64,000 nt of DNA from an uncultured Myxococcales bacterium (GCA_964388085.1 CAYLZW010000003.1:1279-65278), one strand, 5' to 3'; positions 26,983 to 36,482 are shown, counted from the stretch's first letter. The notes: generated by a model from the sequence alone, not told the origin. Numbers and translations: made by a program.

Positions 26983-28709
26983 GGCGCGCTCTCCTCGAGC
27001 GAGCGTAGCCGGCGTTCGCTGCGTTTCGCCTCTTTCTGGCGCGCTTCGTCGAGGTAGAGCTGGCGCAGCGTCCGAAGGCCCTCCGCCGTCTCCGCGCCCT
27101 TCAGCTCGGCTTCGAGGCGGGCGGCGCGGTCCTTGTCGTCGGGGCTCCAGTTGCGGAGCACGTGCGCGGCGCCGCTCGTCTTCTGCCAGGGCGGCGTGAC
27201 GACGGGCAGCAGCGTGAGCGCGAACACCAGCGTCGCGAGGGCGAAGGTTCGCGCGGACACGGGCTCCTGGGCTCGCGCCTTCCACGCGACGAAGAGCACG
27301 CAGCCGACGAGGAACGCGAAGAACGGCACCATGGAGAGCGTGCCCCAGACGCCAACGAGGTTCAGCGCGTTGTAGGGCGCGAAGTCGTGCGCGATGGCCG
27401 GCCAGAAGATGTCGCGCAGCATGCGCTGCGTCTCGACGGGGATGTGCGGGTAGTACGCCGACGGGACGCCGGACGCGACGAGCCCGGTGGCGAGCGTGCC
27501 GAGCGTGAGGGCGACGGCGAGTCGCGGGCGCTTGTCGGCGATGCCGTCGAGCCCGACGAGGGCGCCCCACGCGAGCAGCGGGAACAGCGGGATGAGGTAG
27601 CGAGGCCCGACGCTCCAGCCCGCGTGCCAGATGTTGAGGCTCGTCGTGAACAGATAGAGCACGAGGCAGAGGGCGATGGCGATCCAAACAGGCGAACGCT
27701 CCTTCGCTCGCTTGCTCAGCCAATAAAGCCCGACGAAGGCGAACAGCATCCAGGGCGCCAGCGGGAACAGCCCCTGGCGTGGATCGAAGGTGAGGCCGAA
27801 GATCGCCTCGAGCTTCGGTGTGCTCGCGCCGAACAGCCCGACCTCGTGGCCGGCCTTGAACGACTGGTTCTCGAGCATCTTGTGACCGGGCCGGAACGGG
27901 CTGCCGAAGGCCGCCCACTGAAAGTGCATGACCGCCAGCGTCGGCACGAGCGCGCCAGCGACGAAGGCGGCGAGCCTCTGCGCGGGCCGCACGACGACGA
28001 GGGCCCAGCCGGACAGGATCAGCGACAAGAGCACGCCCGGGTACTCGAAGGCGGTGATGGCGGCGGTCGAGAAGCCGGCGAAGGTCGCCGCCGCGACGCT
28101 GAGCGTCCGCTTCTGCGCGGCCTCTCTGAGCAGCGCGAACGAGAAGAACACCGCCACCGCCGCGAGCGAGTGGCTCACGAACATGACCGAGTACGCGTAG
28201 AAGGGCGAGCCGAGCGCGAGGCCGAGGGTGACGGCGTCCGCGAGCCACTCTCTCGTCGTAAAGCGCGAGAGCCAGAGCCGGAAGCAGAGCAGGAACGCGA
28301 GCACCGGCAAGATGACGGCGGTGAAGCGCACGAGCCAGTGCGCCACGGCGAGATCCACCGGCTGATCCCGGACCTCCTGCACGACGTGGTAGGCGAAGTA
28401 GGCGGGCACGCCGAGGAAGCTCGTGGCCGGTCCCTTCACGCTATAGAGCTTGCCGTCGCGGATGGCGGCGTCGTTCACCCAGCCCCAGCGCTTCCTGTAC
28501 TCGTTGACGACGTAGCTGCCGTCCTCGGCGATGGCCGCGGTCATGTAGAGCCGCAGCTTCTCGTTGGGGTTTCCGATCTTCGGATGGTACGGAAAGGTGT
28601 AGAGGAGCCCGATCGTGCAGAGCGCGATCACCGCCAGGCCGCGCCGAACGGCAGGGTGGTGCAGGACGCGGCGGACGACGGGCTCGGCTTCCAAAGCGCC
28701 GTCGAGCAT
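26979..28709 (-). CDS. Polytopic membrane protein, predicted GT-C glycosyltransferase
   Basis: Short N-terminal TM, then a loop (NEKLRLYMTAAIAEDG...YSVKGP) and about 11 TM helices. Start uncertain. Confidence 0.72.
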   Translation of the reverse strand: MLDGALEAEPVVRRVLHHPAVRRGLAVIALCTIGLLYTFPYHPKIGNPNEKLRLYMTAAIAEDGSYVVNEYRKRWGWVNDAAIRDGKLYSVKGPATSFLGVPAYFAYHVVQEVRDQPVDLAVAHWLVRFTAVILPVLAFLLCFRLWLSRFTTREWLADAVTLGLALGSPFYAYSVMFVSHSLAAVAVFFSFALLREAAQKRTLSVAAATFAGFSTAAITAFEYPGVLLSLILSGWALVVVRPAQRLAAFVAGALVPTLAVMHFQWAAFGSPFRPGHKMLENQSFKAGHEVGLFGASTPKLEAIFGLTFDPRQGLFPLAPWMLFAFVGLYWLSKRAKERSPVWIAIALCLVLYLFTTSLNIWHAGWSVGPRYLIPLFPLLAWGALVGLDGIADKRPRLAVALTLGTLATGLVASGVPSAYYPHIPVETQRMLRDIFWPAIAHDFAPYNALNLVGVWGTLSMVPFFAFLVGCVLFVAWKARAQEPVSARTFALATLVFALTLLPVVTPPWQKTSGAAHVLRNWSPDDKDRAARLEAELKGAETAEGLRTLRQLYLDEARQKEAKRSERRLRSLEESAP

Positions 28710-28765
28710 ACAAGCGAAGCGCCCACTGACAAGAAGCACGCACACGCAGCACGCGAGCAGCACGC

Positions 28766-29581
28766 ATGGCCAACCTGAAGCTCCTCGTGCCGACGTACCG
28801 GACCCGCCACCGCTGGGTGACGCGCGCGCTCTCGTCGCTGGCGGCCGGCTTGCCGGGGACACAGAGCACGTTCGGCCAAGCGCTCCACGTCGGCACCGGC
28901 GAGGGTGACTATGACCCAATCGTGCGTCGTCACGCCGAGCGCCTCGTCGCCTGCGACATCTCGCGCGGGGACGTGCGCTTCGCCAGCCACCTGAACCAGG
29001 GGCTCGGTGTCGGCTATACCGTGGCCGACGCGTGCCGCTTACCGTTCCCCGACGACAGCTTCGATCTGGTCGTCAGCGTCGACGTCATCGAGCACGTGCC
29101 CGACTCGCGCGCCATGGCCGCCGAGCTCGCGCGGGTGCTGAAGCCCGGCGGCCGCGCGCTGCTCACCTGCCCCATCACCGACTTCCCCTGGACGTACGAT
29201 CCGCTCAATCGCGTGCTGCAGCGCTTCGGCACCCACGTCCCCGTCGGCGCCTATGCGTACGGGCACGACAAGCTCATGCAGCGAGACGTGCTCGAGCGTT
29301 GGCTCGCCGAGGACGGCCTGCGCGTCGAGGAGCGACAGCCGCTGTCGGGCACGCTCACCGGCGCGTTCGAGAGCTATTGGGCCGGCGTCGTGCAATCCGT
29401 GATGAAGGCGAACGCGAAGAACAAAGACAGCGCCGCGAGCGGCCTGGCCGTGCGACCCGACGACAAAGCGCCGCCGCTGCTCTCGTGGGTGGACGGCCTC
29501 ATCGGCCTCGACGAGCGCCTGACCGGCGACGGCGGCCCGTCCGTGGGCGTGGGATATCTGCTCACCAAGCGCCGGGGCTAG
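28766..29581 (+). CDS. Class I SAM-dependent methyltransferase (divergent)
   Basis: LHVGTGEG, ACDIS, ADACRLPFPDDSFDLVVSVDVIEHV, ARVLKPGG. Confidence 0.9.
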   Translation: MANLKLLVPTYRTRHRWVTRALSSLAAGLPGTQSTFGQALHVGTGEGDYDPIVRRHAERLVACDISRGDVRFASHLNQGLGVGYTVADACRLPFPDDSFDLVVSVDVIEHVPDSRAMAAELARVLKPGGRALLTCPITDFPWTYDPLNRVLQRFGTHVPVGAYAYGHDKLMQRDVLERWLAEDGLRVEERQPLSGTLTGAFESYWAGVVQSVMKANAKNKDSAASGLAVRPDDKAPPLLSWVDGLIGLDERLTGDGGPSVGVGYLLTKRRG

Positions 29582-29591
29582 ACACAAGAAT

Positions 29592-29661
29592 TCGCGCAAA
29601 GCCGCGAAGCCGCAGAGGAACCGCATCTGTGTTCCCTTTGCGGCTTTGCGGCTTTGCGCGA
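29592..29661. repeat. REP-like palindromic element with 8-nt periodic arms between convergent genes; likely bidirectional terminator or small non-autonomous element
   Basis: Left arm tcgcgcaaagccgcgaagccgcagaggaac, loop cgcatctgt, right arm gttccctttgcggctttgcggctttgcgcga (about 30-bp stem). Confidence 0.8.
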
Positions 29662-29688
29662 GACCCTGTTCTGCAGCACTCGCTCCGC

Positions 29689-31656
29689 TCAGAGGCTCGT
29701 CGAGATCTTCCGCGCGAGGTCATGGTTTGTCACCCGCCAGGACATCTCGACCTCCTCGGCCGCATAGCTCTTGAGCTCATTACAGCGAGAAGACGGCAGC
29801 TGCTCCATGGCGGGGAATGAGCTGCATTTGTTCCCGCGGGGATTGAACACGAGCCCGTCCCCAATGGCGGCTCCGTCCCAGCGAGCCGCGCGGCCGCCGG
29901 TGTCGCCGGGCAAGAGCGGTCGGCCGACGAAGGGCGCGTCGTCGTTGACCCCGAGCAGATGGAGGACCGTCGGGGTCACGTCGACCTGGCCGCCGATGCC
30001 CTCGACAACGGTCGCGTGTGCTCCTTGCGGGAGACGAATGAGCAACGGAATGCGGTCGCCCACCACCGAGCCCTTGGCGATGTAGCGGCGCTTCTCGTCG
30101 GGCACGTCGAGCACCTCGTCGATGGCCTTCGTGTCGCGGCGCTTTCGCTTCAGGTGCGCGTCGTGATCGCCGTAGAGCACGACCACGGTGTCGTCGAGCA
30201 GGCCCTCCTCCTCGAGGTCCTTGAAGAAGCCCTCGAGCGCCTGGTCCGCGTAGCTCACCGAGTGGACGTAGTTGCCCACCATGGTGTTCTCGAGCGGGCC
30301 GAGCTTCAGGCGCCGCTTGTTGCGCGGGATGTACGTGTACGGGTGGTGCGAGCTCAGCGTGATGAGGAACGCCATGAAGGGGCGCTCTTGTGCCTTCAGC
30401 TCCGGCGTCGCCTTCTCGAAGAAGGCGATGTCGTCGAGGCCCCAGCCGATCTTGGGAGTGTCGCCGAGCTCGCGTCGGAACAAGGAGCGCTCGAAGCCGT
30501 AGCGCGGGTGGATGTAGGCGCGGTTCCACATGCCGCGCTGGTACGCGTGCATGGACAGCGTCGAGTAGCCGCCTCTCTGCAGCACGGTGGCGATGGTCTC
30601 GAAGTTATTCGACTCGCGGCGGAAGGCGACCGAGCCGGTGTCGAGGGGATGCTGGGAGTTCAGCACCAGGTACTCGCAGTCGCTCGTCGACGAGCTGCCG
30701 GTCTGATCGAGCAGGTGCGGGTAGTAGAGCGACTCGCGCTTGAGCCGGTTCAGAAACGGCGTGATCTCCTGTCCGTTGGCCTTGGCGTCGAGCACCCACT
30801 CCTCGAGGGCCTCCACCTGCAGCACGAGCACGTTCTTGCCCTTGGCCACGCCAAACAGCGCGTCAGCGGGCTCGCGCGCGCGCCGTCGCTCGCTGAAGTA
30901 GCGCTCTGTCTCCGCGAGCTCTTCCTTCGTCAGGTCTCGCTGCTCGAGCCACTGCTTGAGGGCGAGCGTGGTCTCGCGGATGTGCGCGACGACGATGCCA
31001 CCGGCCTCCACCGAGTCATGCCGGTTCAGCACCTCGCGCGCGTACTTGGAGTTGAGCCACTTGGTGACGTCCGCGTGGATCGTCGGCAGCGACGCCACAG
31101 CGACGACGATGACCGGCAGCGCCCACAGGACGCCGCGCAGCCAGACCGGGGGCGGGCGCTCGATGAGCGGCGCGCGCCACAGCGCCATGACGACGAGCGC
31201 GGAGACGAACAGCGGCAGCATCCACCAGTCGTACGACTCGAAGATGGCGAGGATGCTGTCGCGCACGTCCCACAGCTGCACCGCGCTGCCGGCCGCGAGC
31301 AGAGGCAGCACGTTGCCGAAGTAGCGGTCGTAGACGATGTCGGCGAGCGACAAAAACGCGAGCGCGAACGCGATGGCGCCGGTGAGCTGGAAGCGCTGTC
31401 GTCGAGGCAGCAGCAGCACCAGCAGCGCGAACAGCCCGGCGGACGCGAGCGCGTTCGGCGGGAACAGGTTGTGCTCGCGCACCGGGATGAGCCAGCGCAC
31501 GACATAGAGATCGAGCAGCGCGAAGCCGAACATCCACGCCGCCGGCAGCAGGTCGAGCACGAGCGCGATCGGCCGGCGCATGCGCGGCCCCAGCAGGAGC
31601 AGCGCCACGGCGACGGCGACCGTGACGAGGAGCAGAGTGATGAGGAGGGTGATCAC
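29689..31656 (-). CDS. LTA synthase (LtaS)-family phosphoglycerol transferase
   Basis: About 5 TM helices, then NVLVLQVEALE, NGQEITPFLNRL, TGSSSTSDCE (Thr nucleophile), LSSHHPY, VVLYGDH. GTG 31656 lies 26 nt after the oleD stop. Confidence 0.88.
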   Translation of the reverse strand: MITLLITLLLVTVAVAVALLLLGPRMRRPIALVLDLLPAAWMFGFALLDLYVVRWLIPVREHNLFPPNALASAGLFALLVLLLPRRQRFQLTGAIAFALAFLSLADIVYDRYFGNVLPLLAAGSAVQLWDVRDSILAIFESYDWWMLPLFVSALVVMALWRAPLIERPPPVWLRGVLWALPVIVVAVASLPTIHADVTKWLNSKYAREVLNRHDSVEAGGIVVAHIRETTLALKQWLEQRDLTKEELAETERYFSERRRAREPADALFGVAKGKNVLVLQVEALEEWVLDAKANGQEITPFLNRLKRESLYYPHLLDQTGSSSTSDCEYLVLNSQHPLDTGSVAFRRESNNFETIATVLQRGGYSTLSMHAYQRGMWNRAYIHPRYGFERSLFRRELGDTPKIGWGLDDIAFFEKATPELKAQERPFMAFLITLSSHHPYTYIPRNKRRLKLGPLENTMVGNYVHSVSYADQALEGFFKDLEEEGLLDDTVVVLYGDHDAHLKRKRRDTKAIDEVLDVPDEKRRYIAKGSVVGDRIPLLIRLPQGAHATVVEGIGGQVDVTPTVLHLLGVNDDAPFVGRPLLPGDTGGRAARWDGAAIGDGLVFNPRGNKCSSFPAMEQLPSSRCNELKSYAAEEVEMSWRVTNHDLARKISTSL

Positions 31657-31682
31657 TCGGGGGAGGCTTCCTTCGAATCCGC

Positions 31683-32711
31683 TCAGCCAAAGCGCCCGGC
31701 GACGAGCTGCTCCTTGAGCCAGGGGACGGTGCGACGACGCCCTTCTGCCATCGACACCGAGGGAGCGTAACCAAGATCGCGCGCGGCGGCGTCGATGCGA
31801 TAGGTGTGGGACGTCGCCATCATCTTGGCCGCCCACTCGGTGACCGGCGGCTCTCCCGACAGCCCGAACGACGACCACGCGACGTCGAGCGCCTTGCCGA
31901 CGACGCGCGCGACGCCACGCGGGATCTTGCGCTTCACGGCCGGTAGCCCGAGCTCGACGAGGATCTCGTTCACCCAGTCCCACAGCACCACGGGCTCGCC
32001 GTTGGTGATGAAGTAGGCCTTGCCGGCGGCGGGGCTGTCCCTCTTCGCGAGCGCGTCCGCCGCGAGCAGGTGCGCTTGCACGACGTTGTCGACGTAGGTC
32101 AGGTCCACGCGGTTCTTTCCGTCGCCGACGATGCGCAGGCGGCCCTTCTTCGCGCGCTCGATGACGCGCGGCAGCGAGCCCGTGTCTCCCGGGCCGAACA
32201 CGAGGTGCGGGCGAAGCGCGCACGTTCGCAGGGGCAGCCCGGCCGTCTCGCGTCCGTTTGCCTCGAGCACCAGGCGCTCGGCCATGGCCTTGGTGCGGGG
32301 GTAGTCCGCCAGGTACTCGGCGGCATAGGGGGCGCGCTCGTCGAGCGCCGCGAAGCCGGCCTGCTCGTCGACGACCGAGGGCGAGCTGCAGAAGACCAGG
32401 CGGTTTACGCCGTTCTTCACGCACGCCTCGATGACGTTCTCCGTGCCGCGCACGTTGATGCGCTCGAATTCCTTCGCGTCGCCGGCGCCGCCCACCTTCG
32501 CGGCCACGTGGAAGATGACGTCGACGTCACGGCTGATCGCCTGCAGGTGATGCTCGTCGGTGATGTCGCCCTTCACGCAGCGCACGCCGGCCTGCTCGAG
32601 CTCCGGGTAGCTGCCGCGCTGGTACGCGATGACGTCGTCACCTCGCGCCCGCAGCGCTCGCGCGAGCTTGCCGCCGACGAACCCACCGCCACCGGTCACC
32701 AACGCGCGCAT
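31683..32711 (-). CDS. oleD: 2-alkyl-3-oxoalkanoate reductase OleD (3-beta-HSD/epimerase family)
   Basis: TGGGGFVG, YPRTKAMAE, LRPHLVFGPGD; last gene of the ole order. Confidence 0.85.
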   Translation of the reverse strand: MRALVTGGGGFVGGKLARALRARGDDVIAYQRGSYPELEQAGVRCVKGDITDEHHLQAISRDVDVIFHVAAKVGGAGDAKEFERINVRGTENVIEACVKNGVNRLVFCSSPSVVDEQAGFAALDERAPYAAEYLADYPRTKAMAERLVLEANGRETAGLPLRTCALRPHLVFGPGDTGSLPRVIERAKKGRLRIVGDGKNRVDLTYVDNVVQAHLLAADALAKRDSPAAGKAYFITNGEPVVLWDWVNEILVELGLPAVKRKIPRGVARVVGKALDVAWSSFGLSGEPPVTEWAAKMMATSHTYRIDAAARDLGYAPSVSMAEGRRRTVPWLKEQLVAGRFG

Positions 32712-32724
32712 GTGCGTGCTCCCT

Positions 32725-34452
32725 TCATCGCGGACCCGAGGGAGGTGGCGGAGGAAGCGACGCCACCCACGCGCTCAGCTTCTCGCGCTCGATCTTCGCG
32801 TTATGGCGCCGGTCGACGGGGAACGCCGGGTGCACCAGGAAGCGCTCGATGCCCTTCGTCGTCTCGTGCCCGTCGGCGATGGCGCGCAGCTCCTCGTGCA
32901 GCGCCTTGTCGTTGGCGCGCCCGGGCAGGAGCTCGACGCACACGGCGGGCGTCTGCCGCGGCCGCTCGCCGATCCACACGAGCGCCGCGCGGTACACGCT
33001 CGGGTGCTCCTCGAACAGCGCCTCCACCGGCACCGAGAAGAGCGTGGGCGCGCCCTCGCGCTCGACGCGATGCGCCTTCCGGCCGCAGAACCACAGCCTG
33101 CCGTCGTCGTCGAGGTACCCGACGTCCCCCATGCGGTGGTACCAGCCGCCGTCGTCGGTCTCCATCTTCGAGAGCGCGTTGTGCTCGGGCCGCTGGTCGT
33201 ACTGCCGGCTGATGTACGCGCCCTTCACGCACAGCTCGCCGATCTCTCCGCGCGGCACCTCGAGCTCCGGCGAGAAGCGCGCGATGGGCTCGTCACTGAT
33301 GCGGATGACGCGCACGTCGACGTCCGAGACCGGCACGCCGACGCAGGTGCCTTTGCCTTGGCGCGTGAGCGCGGCCGTCTCGCGCAGCACCTGCCGGCCG
33401 CCGATGCCGGCGACGGGCAGCGCCTCCGTGGCGCCGTAGGGAGTGAACACGTCAGCGTCGGGGAGCGCCTTCAAGAGGCGCTCGTGCAGCGACGGCTGGA
33501 CAGGAGCGCCCGCGCTCGCGAGCCGGGTGACGCCGGGCAGCGTGATGCCCTTGTCGTCGACGTAGCGGGAGAACGGGTCCCACAGGGCAGGGGAGGCGAA
33601 GGCGCTCTTGGCGCCGTAGGTGCGGAAGGCGTCGAGCACGCGCTCGGGGTCCGTGCGGGCAGGCTTGGTGGCGTCCATCTCGGGGACGACGGCGCTCATG
33701 CCGAGCGAGCCCGCGATGAGCGCGAAGGGCGGGAAGCAGGCGACGTGCGCCTCCCCCGGCCGGTAGTCGAGCATGGCGCGAATGGCGCGCTGCTGTCCGC
33801 CCATCATGGCGTGCGTAAAGACGACGCCCTTCGGCACCCCCGTCGAGCCCGACGTGTAGAGGATGGCGGCGGGGATGGTGGGGTCGAGGGACTCGCGCGG
33901 AAACGGAACGTCCCGCACGGTGGACGGCAGCTTGTCGACGAGGGCCGCGAGCGCCTTGGTGCCCGGAAACCAACGAGCGCCCGCGAGGAGCTTCACCCTG
34001 GCGGCCTTGAACGCGCGGGGAAACAGCACGCGCAGGACGTGAGCCTTCGTCACACCGACGAACGCGCTCGGCTTCTGCTCGGCGACGCAGGCGAGCAGGC
34101 TCTTCACGCCCATGCCGGGATCGATGAGCACGAACACGGCCTGCAGCTTGGCGCACGCGTACACGACGGCGAACAGATCGATGGGATCGGTGATGAACAG
34201 CACCACCCGGTCGCCGCGCTTCACGCCGCTCGACGACAGCGCGTGCGCGTAGTTGTCCGCCAACGTGTTGAGCGCCGCGAACGTGATCTCCTTGAAGCGC
34301 GAGCGCCCGTCGCGGCCGCGTCCGTCCGCGCGCGCCACCGCGACGACCTCAGGCTGCACGCGCGCCCAGTGCTCGAGGAGCTGCGCGCTGTTGTAGCCGA
34401 GCGCGTTCGGGTCGATCTCGTCGAAGACGGTGCCGGCGCTGCTTCCGTCCAT
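32725..34452 (-). CDS. oleC: Olefin beta-lactone synthetase OleC (AMP-binding family)
   Basis: LIDPGMG, YTSGSTGVPKG, TPYGATEALP, HRMGDVGY, FCGRKAHRV, VDRRHNAKI. Confidence 0.9.
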   Translation of the reverse strand: MDGSSAGTVFDEIDPNALGYNSAQLLEHWARVQPEVVAVARADGRGRDGRSRFKEITFAALNTLADNYAHALSSSGVKRGDRVVLFITDPIDLFAVVYACAKLQAVFVLIDPGMGVKSLLACVAEQKPSAFVGVTKAHVLRVLFPRAFKAARVKLLAGARWFPGTKALAALVDKLPSTVRDVPFPRESLDPTIPAAILYTSGSTGVPKGVVFTHAMMGGQQRAIRAMLDYRPGEAHVACFPPFALIAGSLGMSAVVPEMDATKPARTDPERVLDAFRTYGAKSAFASPALWDPFSRYVDDKGITLPGVTRLASAGAPVQPSLHERLLKALPDADVFTPYGATEALPVAGIGGRQVLRETAALTRQGKGTCVGVPVSDVDVRVIRISDEPIARFSPELEVPRGEIGELCVKGAYISRQYDQRPEHNALSKMETDDGGWYHRMGDVGYLDDDGRLWFCGRKAHRVEREGAPTLFSVPVEALFEEHPSVYRAALVWIGERPRQTPAVCVELLPGRANDKALHEELRAIADGHETTKGIERFLVHPAFPVDRRHNAKIEREKLSAWVASLPPPPPSGPR

Positions 34453-34464
34453 TGCCGCCTCCGT

Positions 34465-35445
34465 TCACTCTGCCGCTGCGTTGCTCGCGTGACTCTGCTC
34501 GCGCCCGGCGTGGACGGAGTCGAAGAAGCGCTCCAGCGCGGCGCTCACGCGATCGGGGGCGTCCTCGAACACATAGTGCGACGCGTCGCCGTACACCTCG
34601 CGCTCGGCGTTCGGGAAGCGCTGCAGCCAGCCTTCGTAGAACTTCATGTCGAAGCACCAGTCCTGCTCGCCCCACAGCACCAGCAGCGGACGGTCCTTGA
34701 GCTGCTCTAGCTGCCCGTCGACGTCGTTCACGACCGACCAGGTGCGGTGTGACGGCTTCTGCGGCACGTCCTCGACGAAGCGCAGGGTGGCGATGCGATC
34801 GTGTGGGTTTCCGTAAGGCGACAGGTACGCATGCTTGAGCGTCGCGTTCATGCGCTCCTTGTGCACCATGCACAGGCTGACGGCGGCGCGCGCGAAGCCG
34901 TTGAAGCGCAAAACCGCCTGAGGGCCGAACACGGGGATCTTCACGAGGGCGATGCGCTTCGGCAGGTCCCCGAGGAAGGCGCCGGTGTTCATGACCACGC
35001 CGGACACGTACGCGTGCTTACGCCTCGTCGCCACCGCCATGCCGATCATGCCCCCCCAGTCGTGCGCCACGACGGAGAAGCGCGTCACGCCGAGGTGGTC
35101 GAGCAGCTTCTCCACGTTGTCCGCGTGCCTCGGCAGCGTGTAGTCCCACCGCTGCGGGCGGTCCGACAGACCCATGCCCATGTGGTCCATGGCGACGCAG
35201 CGGAAGCGATCGCGCAGCGCCACGATCATCTTGCGCCAGATGAACGACCACGTCGGGTTGCCGTGCAGGAACACGATGACGGGCGCGTCCCGCGGGCCCT
35301 CGTCGAGGTAGTGCAGCCAGAGCGGCGCGCCCGCGTCATCGGACACGTCGAGGTAACGCGACTCGAACGGGTACTCGCTCGCCCAGGGCGCGCGCTTCAC
35401 GTCGACGAGAGCCTTCGGTCCGAACGGTCGCTCCACGTGCTGCAC
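34465..35445 (-). CDS. oleB: cis-3-alkyl-4-alkyloxetan-2-one (beta-lactone) decarboxylase OleB, haloalkane-dehalogenase-like
   Basis: HYLDEG, HGNPTWSF, VAHDWGGMIG (Asp nucleophile), ASHYVFED; lies between oleA and oleC. Confidence 0.87.
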   Translation of the reverse strand: MQHVERPFGPKALVDVKRAPWASEYPFESRYLDVSDDAGAPLWLHYLDEGPRDAPVIVFLHGNPTWSFIWRKMIVALRDRFRCVAMDHMGMGLSDRPQRWDYTLPRHADNVEKLLDHLGVTRFSVVAHDWGGMIGMAVATRRKHAYVSGVVMNTGAFLGDLPKRIALVKIPVFGPQAVLRFNGFARAAVSLCMVHKERMNATLKHAYLSPYGNPHDRIATLRFVEDVPQKPSHRTWSVVNDVDGQLEQLKDRPLLVLWGEQDWCFDMKFYEGWLQRFPNAEREVYGDASHYVFEDAPDRVSAALERFFDSVHAGREQSHASNAAAE

Positions 35446-35446
35446 C

Positions 35447-36475
35447 TCACCAGACCACGTGGGCCATGGAGCAGTTGAGCCCGCTGCCGATGCCCATGAG
35501 CGCCGCGTGGTCGCCGCGCTGCAAGCGTCCAGCGTCGACGGCGAGGCGGAGCGTGCAGGGCAGGGCGACCGCGCCCATGTTGCCGAGCTCGGGATAGGTC
35601 GGGAACGCTTTGCCGACGGGCAGCGACAAGCGCTTCATCAGCGTCGCCAGGTGACCGGCGCCCACTTGATGGCAGATGTACTGCGCTATCGAGCCGTCGC
35701 TCCACGCGAACGCCTCCGACGCTGCCTGCCAGGTGCGCTCGGCGAGCGCGATGCCCTCGGCCATGAGCTTCGGCGCGTCGGTGCGCATCTCGTCCCAGCT
35801 GCCGATGCAGACGCGGCTGTGCTCGGTGGCCGCCCGCGCGACCACGCCCTCGAGCCGATGCTCACTCTTGGCCACGTCGTCGTGCGCGAGCACCATGGCG
35901 CAGGCGCCGGAGCCGAGGGTCAAGGTCGGCAACCAGTCCTTGTAGTCCTGCATCACCGACGTCGGACGCTGCAGCGCAGCCACGGTGTTCTCGACGACCT
36001 TTCGGCTCGACTCGGCCGCGACCACGAGCGCGTAGTCGATGGCGCGCGACTCGATCATGCGCGCGGCCATGTCCATGGAGGTCAGGAAGCCGAGGCACGC
36101 GTTCGAGACGTCGAAGTTCGGCGCCGTCGTCGGCAGCCCGAGGTCGCCATGCACCATGGAGGCGACGCTGGGCTCGAGGTACTCCTTCGTGACGCTGCAG
36201 TTCACGAGCAGCCCGACGCGCTCGCGCGGCACGTTCGACTCGTCGAGCACGCGCGCGGCCACGTTCTTCGCGCAAGTGACGACGTCGGTGCCCTCGGGCC
36301 AGAAGCGCCTCGCGACGATGCCGGTGAGCGACTCGATGCACTTCGGGGGCACGCCGAGGCGCGCGTAGGGCTCGCTCATCTGATCTTCGAGCGCCGCCGA
36401 GGTCACGCGGATGGGAGCTTCGTCGAAGGCGAGGCCTTCGATGCGGACGTGCTTGTAGGTTGACGACGGCGCCAC
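35447..36475 (-). CDS. oleA: Acyl-CoA:acyl-CoA alkyltransferase OleA (thiolase/KAS III fold)
   Basis: EYLEPSVA (OleA catalytic Glu), DVSNACLGF (Cys), CHQVG (His), LGNMG (Asn), GIGSGLN. Start GTG 36475 (alternative TTG 36511). Confidence 0.92.
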   Translation of the reverse strand: MAPSSTYKHVRIEGLAFDEAPIRVTSAALEDQMSEPYARLGVPPKCIESLTGIVARRFWPEGTDVVTCAKNVAARVLDESNVPRERVGLLVNCSVTKEYLEPSVASMVHGDLGLPTTAPNFDVSNACLGFLTSMDMAARMIESRAIDYALVVAAESSRKVVENTVAALQRPTSVMQDYKDWLPTLTLGSGACAMVLAHDDVAKSEHRLEGVVARAATEHSRVCIGSWDEMRTDAPKLMAEGIALAERTWQAASEAFAWSDGSIAQYICHQVGAGHLATLMKRLSLPVGKAFPTYPELGNMGAVALPCTLRLAVDAGRLQRGDHAALMGIGSGLNCSMAHVVW

Positions 36476-36482
36476 GCCAGGG

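Noticed and set aside
31683-36475. ole-like genes as a beta-lactone natural-product cluster (lipstatin/nocardiolactone type)
   Set aside because: A single OleA and an OleB with its Asp nucleophile are present, which favours decarboxylation to olefins; no NRPS or tailoring genes are nearby.
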